From an uncultured Chloroflexia bacterium (GTDB lineage: Bacteria > Chloroflexota > Limnocylindria > Limnocylindrales > CSP1-4), in the NCBI GenBank assembly GCA_963731635.1, contig CAVSWB010000001.1, positions 713,679-777,678 of the forward strand: DNA of 64,000 nt, read 5' to 3'. This document shows, in pieces, positions 48,632 through 57,392 of this stretch; within the stretch, counting starts at the first letter, position 1, and every line of letters begins with the position of its first letter. Under the pieces are notes generated by a model. The model did no database searches. It saw only the letters and a list, made by a program, of their open reading frames with translations, and was not told the DNA's origin. Position numbers and translations under genes: made by a program.

Positions 48632-50376
48632 GCTGACCTCCTCCTCGGTCAGCTGCGAGTAGACGATCTCGCGATAGGTCTCGCTGGTCTCCATCAGTTC
48701 GTCGTGCGTGCCGATCGCCGACGATCGCGCCCTGTCGAGGACGATGATCTGGTCGGCGTGCAGGATCGTGCCGACGCGCTGGGCGACGATGATCACCGTC
48801 GCGTCGGCGATCTTCGTCTCGAGCGCGCGCGCGCAGTCGCTGAGTCGGTCTTGAAGTCGAGCGCCGAGAAGCTGTCGTCGAAGACGTAGATCTTCGGGCT
48901 TCTTGACGAGCGCGCGCGCGATCGCGAGGCGCTGCCGCTGGCCGCCGGAGACGTTGGTGCCGCCCTGGGCGATCTGCGCCTTCGAGGCCGCCGGGCATCT
49001 CGTCGACGAAGTCCTTGCCCTGGGCGACCTCGAGCGCGTGCCAGAGGGCTCGTCGTCGGCGTGACTCGTCGCCGTAGCGGAGGTTGCTCGCGACCGTGCC
49101 GCTGAACAGGAACGCCTTCTGCGGGACGAAGCCGATCTGCCGCCACAGGTCCTCCTGGCGCATGTCCCGGACGTCGACGCCGTCGACGCTGCACGCTCCC
49201 CGCGTGACGTCGTAGAAGCGCGGGATCAGGTTGATGAGCGTGGACTTGCCCGCTGCCGGTGCTGCCGATGATCGCGGTGGTCTCGCCGGGCCGCGCCGTG
49301 AACGAGATGCCGCGCAGGACCGGGTCCTCGGCGCCGGGGTAGCGGAACTCGACGTCCCGGAACTCCACGAAGCCGTCGCGCGACGGGCGCCTCGGCCGCA
49401 GTCTCGGGGTCGCAGATCGCCGGTTCGGTGTCGAGGACCGCCTGGATGCGCTCGGCCGAGCCGCGGCGCGCGGCACCATCACGAACATGAGCGGCGGCCA
49501 TCATCACCGAGAAGAGGATCAGCATGATGTATGTGAGGAAGGCCGTCAGGTTGCCGATCGGCATGGCCGCCGCGAGTCGATGCGCAGGCCGCCGAACCAG
49601 ATGATCGCGACCGTCGAGAGGTTCATGATCGCCGAACAGGACCGGGATCATCAGCGCGAACAGACGCGTTGACCTTGAGCGAGGTGTCGGTCAGGTCGTG
49701 GTTGGCCTCGTCGAAGCGCTTCTCCTCGTGCTCGGTCCGGACGAAGGCGCGGATGACGCGGATCCCGGCGAGCGTCTCGCGCATGACCTGGTTGATGCGG
49801 TCGATCTTGCTTCTGCATCGCCCGGAACAGCGGCAGTGCGCCATGACGAGCGATGACGCCGATCACGACAGGACCAGCGGAACGATGACCAGGAGCGCGC
49901 GGAGAGCGGCACGTCCTCGCGGAGCGCCATGATGATGCCGCCGACCGACCATGATCGGCGCCAGGATCATGATGTTCAGGGCCATGACCAGGACCATCTG
50001 GACCTGCTGCACGTCGTTGGTGTTGCGCGTGATCAGCGACGGCGTGCCGAACGAGTTGACCTCCTTCTGCGAGAAGCCCATGACCTTGCGGAAGATCGCG
50101 CTGCGCACGTCGCGGCCGAACGCCATCGAGGTCTGCGAGCCGAAGTAGACCGACGACGATCGAGCACATGGCCGAGCAGCGAGCGTCACGAGCAAGCATG
50201 AGGCCGCCGGTCCGGATGATGTAGTTGGTGTCGCCCTTGAGCACGCCGTTGTTGATGATGTCGGCGTTGAGGTTGGGCAGGTACAGGTTCGCCATCGCCT
50301 GGATGGTGACGAGGACCAGCACGACCGCCAGCAGACGGCGGTAAGGCCAACCGAACCTGGAGAGGAGTCTAATCAT
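48628..50376 (-). pseudogene. ABC exporter, fused permease/ATPase (upstream subunit), multiply frameshifted
   Basis: Fragments in all three minus frames include MIRLLSRFGWPYRRLLAVVL, FGTPSLITRNTNDVQQVQM, IDRINQVMRETLAGIRVIRAFVRTEHEEKRFDEAN, GETTAIIGSTGSG| (Walker A is cut), IYVFDDSFSALD (Walker B) and IIVAQRVGTILHADQIIVLD. The predicted TGA at 48628-48630 overlaps the ATG of the next gene. Confidence 0.8.
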
Positions 50377-50473
50377 CGGCTTCGATCCTGTGGGTGGGAG
50401 GGATTGCTGTCAGCGTGGCGAGGGATTGTGTAGGACTGGTGAAAGTGCTTCGAAGGAGTTGCGGCGCCGGCGG

Positions 50474-50980
50474 TCATTCGCTCGGAGTCTCGCAATCGAT
50501 GAGGCGCCGACGGGCGGCATGGATGGCACGCATACCGACCAGCAACGAGGCCATTTCGTCTTCGGTCAGCTCCGCGAGCACCTTCTTGAGCCCGTCCCTA
50601 CGATGGGCAGCCATGTCGCGGAAGATCTGGAAGCCGGCCTCGGTGGCGTAGACGCGCACTACCCGCCGGTCTTCCGTGCCGTGCCGTCGCTCGACCAGAC
50701 CGCGCTTCTCCATGCGATCCACTATTCCGGTCGCGCTGGCGTCGGATACGTCCATTGCCTCGGCGAGCTGCTTCATCGACAGCGCTCCCTCAGCCTCCAG
50801 GGCGGTGAGGACGTTCAGGTGCACGAGGCTGAGCGCGTGCTGATGCCACGACTTGAAGATGCCGCCACGGTCGCGCGGCGACCAGCCGGTCATCTCATCG
50901 AGCAGCTCGCGCTCGAGCGCCTGGCGGGCGTTCTCGTCGGCCGCGTCGTCGGTGCTCCGCGTCGCAATTACATTCAACAT
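50474..50980 (-). CDS. MarR family transcriptional regulator
   Basis: ORF trimmed to the ATG at 50980. LVHLNVLTALEAEGALSMKQLAEAMDVSDASATGIVDRMEKRGLVERRHGTEDRRVVRVYATEAG is the MarR wHTH. It lies directly upstream of the ABC pair. Confidence 0.85.
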   Translation of the reverse strand: MLNVIATRSTDDAADENARQALERELLDEMTGWSPRDRGGIFKSWHQHALSLVHLNVLTALEAEGALSMKQLAEAMDVSDASATGIVDRMEKRGLVERRHGTEDRRVVRVYATEAGFQIFRDMAAHRRDGLKKVLAELTEDEMASLLVGMRAIHAARRRLIDCETPSE

Positions 50981-50987
50981 GACATTG

Positions 50988-51016
50988 AGTATATATCGAT
51001 CGGGCGGAGTCGCCAA
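50988..51016 (-). promoter_or_regulatory. candidate sigma-70-type promoter giving a leaderless or near-leaderless marR mRNA
   Basis: Minus strand TTGGCG-N17-TATACT, then 7 nt (caatgtc) to the ATG at 50980. It is embedded in an AT-rich palindromic patch (cgatcgatatata). Confidence 0.4.
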
Positions 51017-51064
51017 CCACTCCGGGCTTGACGGCGGAAGCGCGGCGACGTCCAATTGTAAGTA

Positions 51065-51637
51065 ATGCAGTTGCGAATGCTTACTCCCGCCATAGTCACG
51101 GTGCTGCTCGTTGCCGGAGCGTGCGGGGGCTCGCAGGCAGGTTCGCCCGCTGCCGGGACGCCCGCTGCCGGGACGCCGTCCGGCGGCGCTCCGTCGGCCG
51201 TCTACAGCCCGGTCCCGGGCAACTCGACCGAAGTGCCCCTGCCGTCCGATGCGCCGGCAGCGATCGCCGCTCTTCCGCCGGTGCGCTCGTGCGGCGCCGA
51301 AGTCCTCTTCGAAGAAGACGTGGACATCTTCCCGATCCCAACCGCGCCCGGACCCACCACAGACCCGGCGTCGAATCAGCAGGCCATCGATTGCCTGATC
51401 GATGCGTGGCAGAACAGCAGGCCGGCCGTGCTGACCGTTTCGGAGGTTACCGACGAAGCGGATCAGCTCTATACCATCTACCGCCTGCCGGGGGACGACA
51501 CCGTCCAGCTGATCGCGCGCGTCTTCTCTCACACCGACAAGACCGTGGCCTGGACCCAGACCGTATGCAAGCAACTCTCCGATCAATCGGGCCAGGTGAC
51601 CCCGGCCGATTGCTTGAGCGAGACGCCGCTGCACTGA
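51065..51637 (+). CDS. hypothetical lipoprotein
   Basis: 190 aa. Lipobox LLVAGAC, followed by a G/S/P/A linker and a Cys-containing domain. No family recognised. Confidence 0.6.
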   Translation: MQLRMLTPAIVTVLLVAGACGGSQAGSPAAGTPAAGTPSGGAPSAVYSPVPGNSTEVPLPSDAPAAIAALPPVRSCGAEVLFEEDVDIFPIPTAPGPTTDPASNQQAIDCLIDAWQNSRPAVLTVSEVTDEADQLYTIYRLPGDDTVQLIARVFSHTDKTVAWTQTVCKQLSDQSGQVTPADCLSETPLH

Positions 51638-51924
51638 TGTCCGCCTGGGCCTACCCGTTAGGGCTGGTCGGCGCGCACTACCTTAAGAGAGGACATCGGC
51701 AGGGAGGCGGGCGAGTCTCCTGTCTCATGGACCGCGGCCGGGCCCGAGCGTAGATTTCCGTAGTTGAAGTCGGCCGAGGCCGGCGATCCACCACCGCAGG
51801 CAGACCGGATATCCATCCATCGAGCGCTCCCCGACGCGGCCGTCACCGCAAGCGCTCCGGGTAGAACCCGTCCAGCCCCAACCGCGCCTGGCCGTGGATA
51901 GCCGTGTGCGGGAAGGAGGAACAA

Positions 51925-53511
51925 ATGTTCCACAACCCCTTCAGGCTTCCCCGGTGCAGCGGAGTCAAGGGCAGGTCGCCTCGCAATCTCCGCCTTCTTA
52001 CCGTCGCGGCGGTCGCCGTAATCGCCCTTTCCGCGGTCATGACCGCGGCGGCGGCGTCGGCCAGCATCTCGGCGCCCGCAGTGGCAGTCCCCGGTGCGCA
52101 GGTTGCGGTCTCCGGGCAGGGATTCGCTGCCGGTCAGGCAGGGGCCCTGACCTACAACGGCGGCCAGGTGGCCACCTTCACGGCCACTTCCGCAGGCGCG
52201 TTCAGCGCCGCCGTCACCATTCCGGCCAGCGCCACGATTGGCAGCACGGGCCGGATCTCGGCCAAGACCAGCTCCGGCACATTGCTGGCCACGACGACCC
52301 TGACCGTCGGCAATATCGCCCCGACCGCGCCGCCGCCCGGTTCTGGCGCGGCAACCCTGGTCGTGCCCGCATATGGGATCCCCGGCACTTCGATCACGGT
52401 TTCCGGCAGCGGTTTCGCGGCTGCAAGCTCCGGTAATCTCACCATCAACGGCTGCAAGGAAGCGACCTTCACCGCTTCCTCGAGCGGCGCGTTCAGCGTC
52501 TCGTTCCCGATCCCCAGCTCGACGGCGGACGGCACCAGCCGGATCTCCGCCAAGCAGGCTGACGGAACGCTGATCGCGACCACGACCCTGGAGATGGGCG
52601 CCGGCGCCACCCCAACTCCCGGCGCGACCCCGACCCCCGGCCCCTCGCCGACGGCCGGCGCGACCCCGACGCCCGCTCCGACGGCGTCGCCCACCACGGG
52701 CCCGACTCCTCCGCCCTCGAGCGTCCCGAACTTCAGCCACGTCTACGTGATCATCTTCGAGAACAAGGAATACTCGAGCGTCGTCGGTTCGAGCAGCGCG
52801 CCGTACATCAACTCCCTGATCTCCAAGTACGGTCTCTCGACTGCCTTCTATGCCGAGCGGCATCCGTCCGAGCCCAACTACATCGCGCTCACCTCGGGCG
52901 GGACGCAGGGTGCCACGGACGACGGCGTCTACAACCTGGGCGTGAACAACCTGTTCGACCAGATCACGGCGTCGGGCCGGACCTGGAAGGCGGTCCAGCA
53001 GGGAAATCCGGGCAACTGCTTTATCGGCAGCAGCTCGTCGGCAGTGACCGACGGCGTCGGCAAGCCCGGTGCCTACGTCCGCAAGCACAACCCGGCAATC
53101 AGCTATACCAGCATCAGCGGCAACAGCGCCAAGTGCGCCAACATCACGAACCTGGCGGGCTTCGATCCGGCAGGGGCCAACTTCCAGTTCATCACCCCGA
53201 ACATGATCAACGACATGCATGACGGAACCGTCGCCGACGGCGACAACTTCCTGAAGGCCTTCCTGCCCAAGATCACCAGCAGCGCGGCGTTCGCCAACTC
53301 CGTCGTCTACGTCACCTTCGACGAGGGCACGACGAACGTCAACGGCGGCGGCCACATCATGACGATCGCAATTACCCCGAACATGACGCCCGGCTACAAG
53401 GCCGGTGCGACCTACACCCACTACTCGATGCTCCACACCATCGAGCAGGCCTGGGGTCTGCCCTATCTTGGCAGCGCGTGCTCCACTACGTCGATGGCCT
53501 TCCCCTACTAG
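51925..53511 (+). CDS. secreted phosphoesterase-family protein (acid phosphatase/PLC-type fold) with two N-terminal Ig-like repeats
   Basis: ATG at 51925 after ggaaggagga. Two ~95-aa repeats (VSGQGFAA...TFTATSAGAFSA..IP...G..RISAK...GTL.ATTTL). A P/T linker. Catalytic part HVYVIIFENKEYSSV...HPSEPNYIAL...PNMINDMHDG...FDEG. Confidence 0.75.
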   Translation: MFHNPFRLPRCSGVKGRSPRNLRLLTVAAVAVIALSAVMTAAAASASISAPAVAVPGAQVAVSGQGFAAGQAGALTYNGGQVATFTATSAGAFSAAVTIPASATIGSTGRISAKTSSGTLLATTTLTVGNIAPTAPPPGSGAATLVVPAYGIPGTSITVSGSGFAAASSGNLTINGCKEATFTASSSGAFSVSFPIPSSTADGTSRISAKQADGTLIATTTLEMGAGATPTPGATPTPGPSPTAGATPTPAPTASPTTGPTPPPSSVPNFSHVYVIIFENKEYSSVVGSSSAPYINSLISKYGLSTAFYAERHPSEPNYIALTSGGTQGATDDGVYNLGVNNLFDQITASGRTWKAVQQGNPGNCFIGSSSSAVTDGVGKPGAYVRKHNPAISYTSISGNSAKCANITNLAGFDPAGANFQFITPNMINDMHDGTVADGDNFLKAFLPKITSSAAFANSVVYVTFDEGTTNVNGGGHIMTIAITPNMTPGYKAGATYTHYSMLHTIEQAWGLPYLGSACSTTSMAFPY

Positions 53512-53529
53512 GCCCCAACTCGCCGGATA

Positions 53530-53566
53530 AGAAGCGGCCGACCCGGGAAACGGGTCGGCCGCTTCT
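53530..53566. terminator. perfect 16-bp hairpin between convergent genes (bidirectional terminator candidate)
   Basis: agaagcggccgacccg-ggaaa-cgggtcggccgcttct. The flanking runs are only weakly T-rich. Confidence 0.6.
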
Positions 53567-53605
53567 ATTGTGCGCCGGGATCTGCCGACCGGCGTCGAAG
53601 TTGTC

Positions 53606-54091
53606 TCAGTTGCGGGACGGCGAGCCCAGTCCGACCGCGATCGCGAACCGGCCGATGAGGTGGCTGAAGCCGAAGAGGTTGCCGTCGATCGATCCGCAAA
53701 CGCCGTCCGCATCGGTCGGCGCGAGCTCCAGGTTGTCGATCGTCGTCTGGAAATCGTCCAGCCGCATCGACGTCTCCGGCGCGTCTTCGTCGGCGAGGCC
53801 GGCCTCGGCCCCGACCTCCTCGGTCAATTCGAGAACGCCCTCGACCGACTGGTCAACAAGCATCTCGTCCGAGGCGAGCAACGCGCCCTCTCCGTTGTAC
53901 AGACGGACGACGAGCCGGTAGGACACCTCGATCCGGCCGGCTGTCGTGCCGGACAGGCTGGGCGCCGCGCGACCCAACAGGTACAGTCCGGCTTGAGCCA
54001 CGGCATCAAGGGCCGCATCCAGACAAGCCGGGCAACCGTCGAACGCCTGCGCCGAGTACGATCGGCAAGGGACCGTTATCACGATTCCCAA
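53606..54091 (-). CDS. hypothetical protein (161 aa)
   Basis: TTG start at 54091, 6 nt after aaggag. Acidic and non-repetitive. No family recognised. Confidence 0.45.
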   Translation of the reverse strand: MGIVITVPCRSYSAQAFDGCPACLDAALDAVAQAGLYLLGRAAPSLSGTTAGRIEVSYRLVVRLYNGEGALLASDEMLVDQSVEGVLELTEEVGAEAGLADEDAPETSMRLDDFQTTIDNLELAPTDADGVCGSIDGNLFGFSHLIGRFAIAVGLGSPSRN

Positions 54092-54126
54092 TTGTCGCTC
54101 CTTTGAGCCATCTTCACGAGGCCAGG

Positions 54127-55365
54127 ATGAGCGAGGCGTGTCAACCGAATGTGAACGTATCGTTTCCTTTGGCGCCGCTTTGCCGCAAAGGATCTCCATC
54201 GAGGCGGCGGATTTCGGTCCTGGTCGCAGCGATCGTCTTCGCGGCCGCCGGCCTGGCAGGGTGCGGCCCGACGGCTCCGACGCCAACGTCCAGCCCCTCC
54301 GAAGTCGCGGCCACCTCCACGGCCACGTCGGTCGCCTCGCCCGAGACGACTCCCGGCGCATCGCCCTCGGCCAGCCCGACCCCAACGACGCTGGTCACGG
54401 CCTTCTATTACCTGTGGTACGGCACGCTCGCCCACGACGGGGCCTGGCGCCACTGGAACCAGCTCAGCCACAACCCGCCGGACGACATCGCCTCGTCGTT
54501 CTACCCGCAGGGTGGCCCCTACAGCTCGCGCGATCCGGCCGTCCTGGCCAGGCAGATGAGCGAGCTGCGATCCACCGGGATCGGTGCGATCGCGGTCAGC
54601 TGGTGGGGTCAGGGCAGCTGGGACGACCAATCGCTCGAAGCTCTGTTCACCGCGGCCGCGGCCGCCGGGATCCGGATCGCATTCCATCTCGAACCGTACA
54701 ACGGCCAGACGGCCGCTTCCGTCGCGGCCGACATCCGCTATCTCATCGGCCGCTTCGGCTCCTCGCCGGCGCTGCTGCGGGTTTCGAGGGCTACGTCGGC
54801 AAGCGATAGCTCGGCGCCGCGGCCGGTGTTCTACCTTTTTGCCGCCAGCCGGCTGCCGACGGCCGACCTGAAGGCGGCGCTCGAAGGCCTGCGAGGCACG
54901 CCGGATGACGCGATCGTCATGATCCACTCGCCGAAAGCCTCGTCTGCCGTCAAGGACGGAGGCGACGGCGTCTACACCTACGATGCCCTGGCGTCCCCGG
55001 CCGACTTCGCCACTCTCGTGTCGGACTGCCGTTCCGCGAGGATCATCTGCAGCCCGAGCGTGAGCCCGGGTTTCGACAATCGCGAGGCGGTGGCAACCGG
55101 GCAGCAATTCATCGACCGCCAGAACGGCGCGCGCTATGACGCCATGTGGCAGGCCGCGGTCTCGGCTGGCTCGGAGTGGATCAGCGTCACCACGTTCAAC
55201 GAGTGGCACGAGGGAACGCAGATCGAGCCGGCGCAGCAGTTCAGTGCCGGCTCCAGGTCATACGCGGGTTACGACGGTGCCTACGGCGCGACCGCGGCCG
55301 ACGCTCCGGATGCCTACTTGAGCCGCACCGCCCATTGGGTTCGCATCTTCGAGGCAGGCGTCTGA
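54127..55365 (+). CDS. GH99-like (endo-alpha-mannosidase fold) lipoprotein
   Basis: Lipobox LAGC. FYYLWYG...WWGQGSW...FHLEPY...TTFNEWHEGTQIEP resembles glycoside hydrolase family 99. Confidence 0.7.
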   Translation: MSEACQPNVNVSFPLAPLCRKGSPSRRRISVLVAAIVFAAAGLAGCGPTAPTPTSSPSEVAATSTATSVASPETTPGASPSASPTPTTLVTAFYYLWYGTLAHDGAWRHWNQLSHNPPDDIASSFYPQGGPYSSRDPAVLARQMSELRSTGIGAIAVSWWGQGSWDDQSLEALFTAAAAAGIRIAFHLEPYNGQTAASVAADIRYLIGRFGSSPALLRVSRATSASDSSAPRPVFYLFAASRLPTADLKAALEGLRGTPDDAIVMIHSPKASSAVKDGGDGVYTYDALASPADFATLVSDCRSARIICSPSVSPGFDNREAVATGQQFIDRQNGARYDAMWQAAVSAGSEWISVTTFNEWHEGTQIEPAQQFSAGSRSYAGYDGAYGATAADAPDAYLSRTAHWVRIFEAGV

Positions 55366-55386
55366 TTCGGGCCGGCAGCGTCGATC

Positions 55387-56109
55387 TCAGTTGGAGGGTG
55401 CCGGCACGTCCGTCGGCACTCCCAACGGGTCGGTTCCGCCGTCGAGTGAGAGCGGGACGAGCTTGCTGGCGATCCCGTAGGCCCAGACCCGCAGGTAGTA
55501 CACCCCGGCGGCGAGTGGCGCGCCGGAGCTATCCACTAGGCTGAAGCCAGCCGTCGCGCCCGTCAGGTCATGGCGCGAAGTGCCCGTCGGCACGACTGCC
55601 GCTCCCCCGGCCGAGCCGCCACCGACCGGCGAGTCGGAGCCCTCCTCGAGGATGGGGTCGTCCACGTTCGTTTCCCAGACGCGAACCAGCTGCCCGCCGG
55701 CCCCGCGGCGGTAGACGGCGGCCTGGAACGCGACCCTGCCGGTGCCGAGGACTACGGAGAGCGGATAGTCGTTGGTCACCTCCACGCCGATGTCCAGAGC
55801 GCTGGCGCGCGTCGGCGCGCTGTCCGCGACGATCAAGGTCGGGCCGTTCGCGGCAGCACGCGGGGCGACAAGCGCGCTGACCCGGACGAAGAACGGGCCG
55901 CCGATGTTCGGCAGCGCCCAGACGGCCACGAAGCCGGCGATCGCGATCACCCCAAGGACTGCGGCGGCCATGCGCACGCCTCGACGCGCGTCCCCACGCA
56001 CGCCGCCACGTGGACCCCGGCGCAGGCCCCGTCGCGCCCCCGGCGTGTCCCCGAGCGGCGCGAGGCCGGAAGCGCCGGGTTCCGGAGCCGGACCGCCCCC
56101 GTCACTCAT
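55387..56109 (-). CDS. membrane-anchored hypothetical protein
   Basis: ATG at 56109, overlapping the upstream stop by 8 nt. Basic N-terminus, one TM (AAAVLGVIAIAGFVAVWAL), and a beta-rich ectodomain. Confidence 0.5.
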   Translation of the reverse strand: MSDGGGPAPEPGASGLAPLGDTPGARRGLRRGPRGGVRGDARRGVRMAAAVLGVIAIAGFVAVWALPNIGGPFFVRVSALVAPRAAANGPTLIVADSAPTRASALDIGVEVTNDYPLSVVLGTGRVAFQAAVYRRGAGGQLVRVWETNVDDPILEEGSDSPVGGGSAGGAAVVPTGTSRHDLTGATAGFSLVDSSGAPLAAGVYYLRVWAYGIASKLVPLSLDGGTDPLGVPTDVPAPSN

Positions 56110-57358
56110 CTGAGGCTCTCCCCGGACGCCGGCGCCGGTTGATGGCGAGTACGGCCACGGCCCCGAGCAGGGCCAGTGCCACGAGCACGGATCCGAGCCA
56201 CTCGTAGGTCGGCTGCGACCGGCCAAGCGCCGCGCCGTAGCCGGGGCCGCTCGATCCCGCGCCGCCATTCGCGGCCGCGGCCGAACTGGCCGTCGGCGAC
56301 GCAACCGGGCCCGACGGGCTCGGCGAGCCGGACGGAACCACGGGCCCGGGAGCGCCGGTCAGGCCGGCCAGGACCTGCAGGTACCGGTAGCCGAAATTGC
56401 GGCTTGGCTCGATGTAGCTGTTCTCGGTGTACTCGTTCCAGCTGATCACGGCCACGCCGTCGGGAGAGGTGGCAAGGGCATCCGACCAGGCTTGCTGCAG
56501 CGTTGCACCGTTGCGGCGGTCGACGACGCTGGTGCCGCCGTTGAGGCGCGCGTCGAACCCGACGGCCGCCGGGGCGAGCCACAGGCCGTGCGTCGCGTGG
56601 ACCGCGGCACCGAGCTGCGCCAGGCGCGTCTGGTAGCCGGGCGTCGAGAGCGGGTCGGCCGAGGACCAGTAGTAAGCGTCGCCGTCGAACAAAGCCGCTC
56701 GAGCCTTGTAGGAGGCCGCGTCTTTCTCCGAGCCGAGGAGGAGCAGCCTGTCGGGCGCGCCGACCTGCGCTCGTACCGCCGCAATCTGCGCCGCGGTGAA
56801 CTGCCAGCTGCCGGACCATATGACCGCAGGCTTGGCGAAGACGTCGAAGACCGGATCGGAGCCGTAATGGTCGGCGAACCAGACGATGTCGTTGCCGACG
56901 GTCGTTACCGGGATGGGGTTTCTGTTGACGTCGAGGCCCTCGTAGATGAGCACGAGCTTGAGGCCCTGGTTGCGGCACTCGGTTACGAGTTCGGCGAGTG
57001 CTTTGTCGAGCGTGGGCGTGTTCTTCCAGCTGGCGATGAAGGCGTCGACTCCGGAAGCCTTGGCCCAGGTAACCTGCTGGTGGATGATCGCCGGGTCGGT
57101 GCTGTCATAGCCACCAAGGGTCGGCAGATCGATCTTGGCGTGGGTCCAGCTCGCCGCGTTGAACCACATGTAGTAGTACGCGAGGACCGGCGGCCGTGCG
57201 CCGGACGGGGACGCGGCCAGGGACGGGGCTGCAGCCGAGGCAAGGCCCGGCCCTGCCATCGAGAGGCCGGTCAGTGCCGCGAGCGCCAGCGGCAATGCCG
57301 CCAACGACCACACGGCCGAAAGGCGATGACGTCGAGGAGTTGTCGAGATAGGAGGCAT
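56102..57358 (-). CDS. GH99-like domain protein with a signal peptide and a C-terminal TM anchor
   Basis: VLAYYYMWF...ASWKN...LIYEGL...VISWNEYTENSYIEPS parallels the 54127..55365 protein. C-terminal LGSVLVALALLGAVAVLAINRRRR. Confidence 0.55.
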   Translation of the reverse strand: MPPISTTPRRHRLSAVWSLAALPLALAALTGLSMAGPGLASAAAPSLAASPSGARPPVLAYYYMWFNAASWTHAKIDLPTLGGYDSTDPAIIHQQVTWAKASGVDAFIASWKNTPTLDKALAELVTECRNQGLKLVLIYEGLDVNRNPIPVTTVGNDIVWFADHYGSDPVFDVFAKPAVIWSGSWQFTAAQIAAVRAQVGAPDRLLLLGSEKDAASYKARAALFDGDAYYWSSADPLSTPGYQTRLAQLGAAVHATHGLWLAPAAVGFDARLNGGTSVVDRRNGATLQQAWSDALATSPDGVAVISWNEYTENSYIEPSRNFGYRYLQVLAGLTGAPGPVVPSGSPSPSGPVASPTASSAAAANGGAGSSGPGYGAALGRSQPTYEWLGSVLVALALLGAVAVLAINRRRRPGRASDE

Positions 57359-57392
57359 CGGCGAAGGCTTGGCGCGAGCGGTCGGATGCTCG

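Noticed and set aside
46506-50376. Whether the ABC pair is CydDC, the partner of cydAB.
   Set aside because: The pair lies 25 kb from cydAB on the opposite strand and is headed by its own MarR gene. The N-terminal Gly/Pro-rich extension of the second subunit and the overall motifs fit a generic MdlAB/multidrug-type heterodimer. There is no evidence for a CydDC identity.
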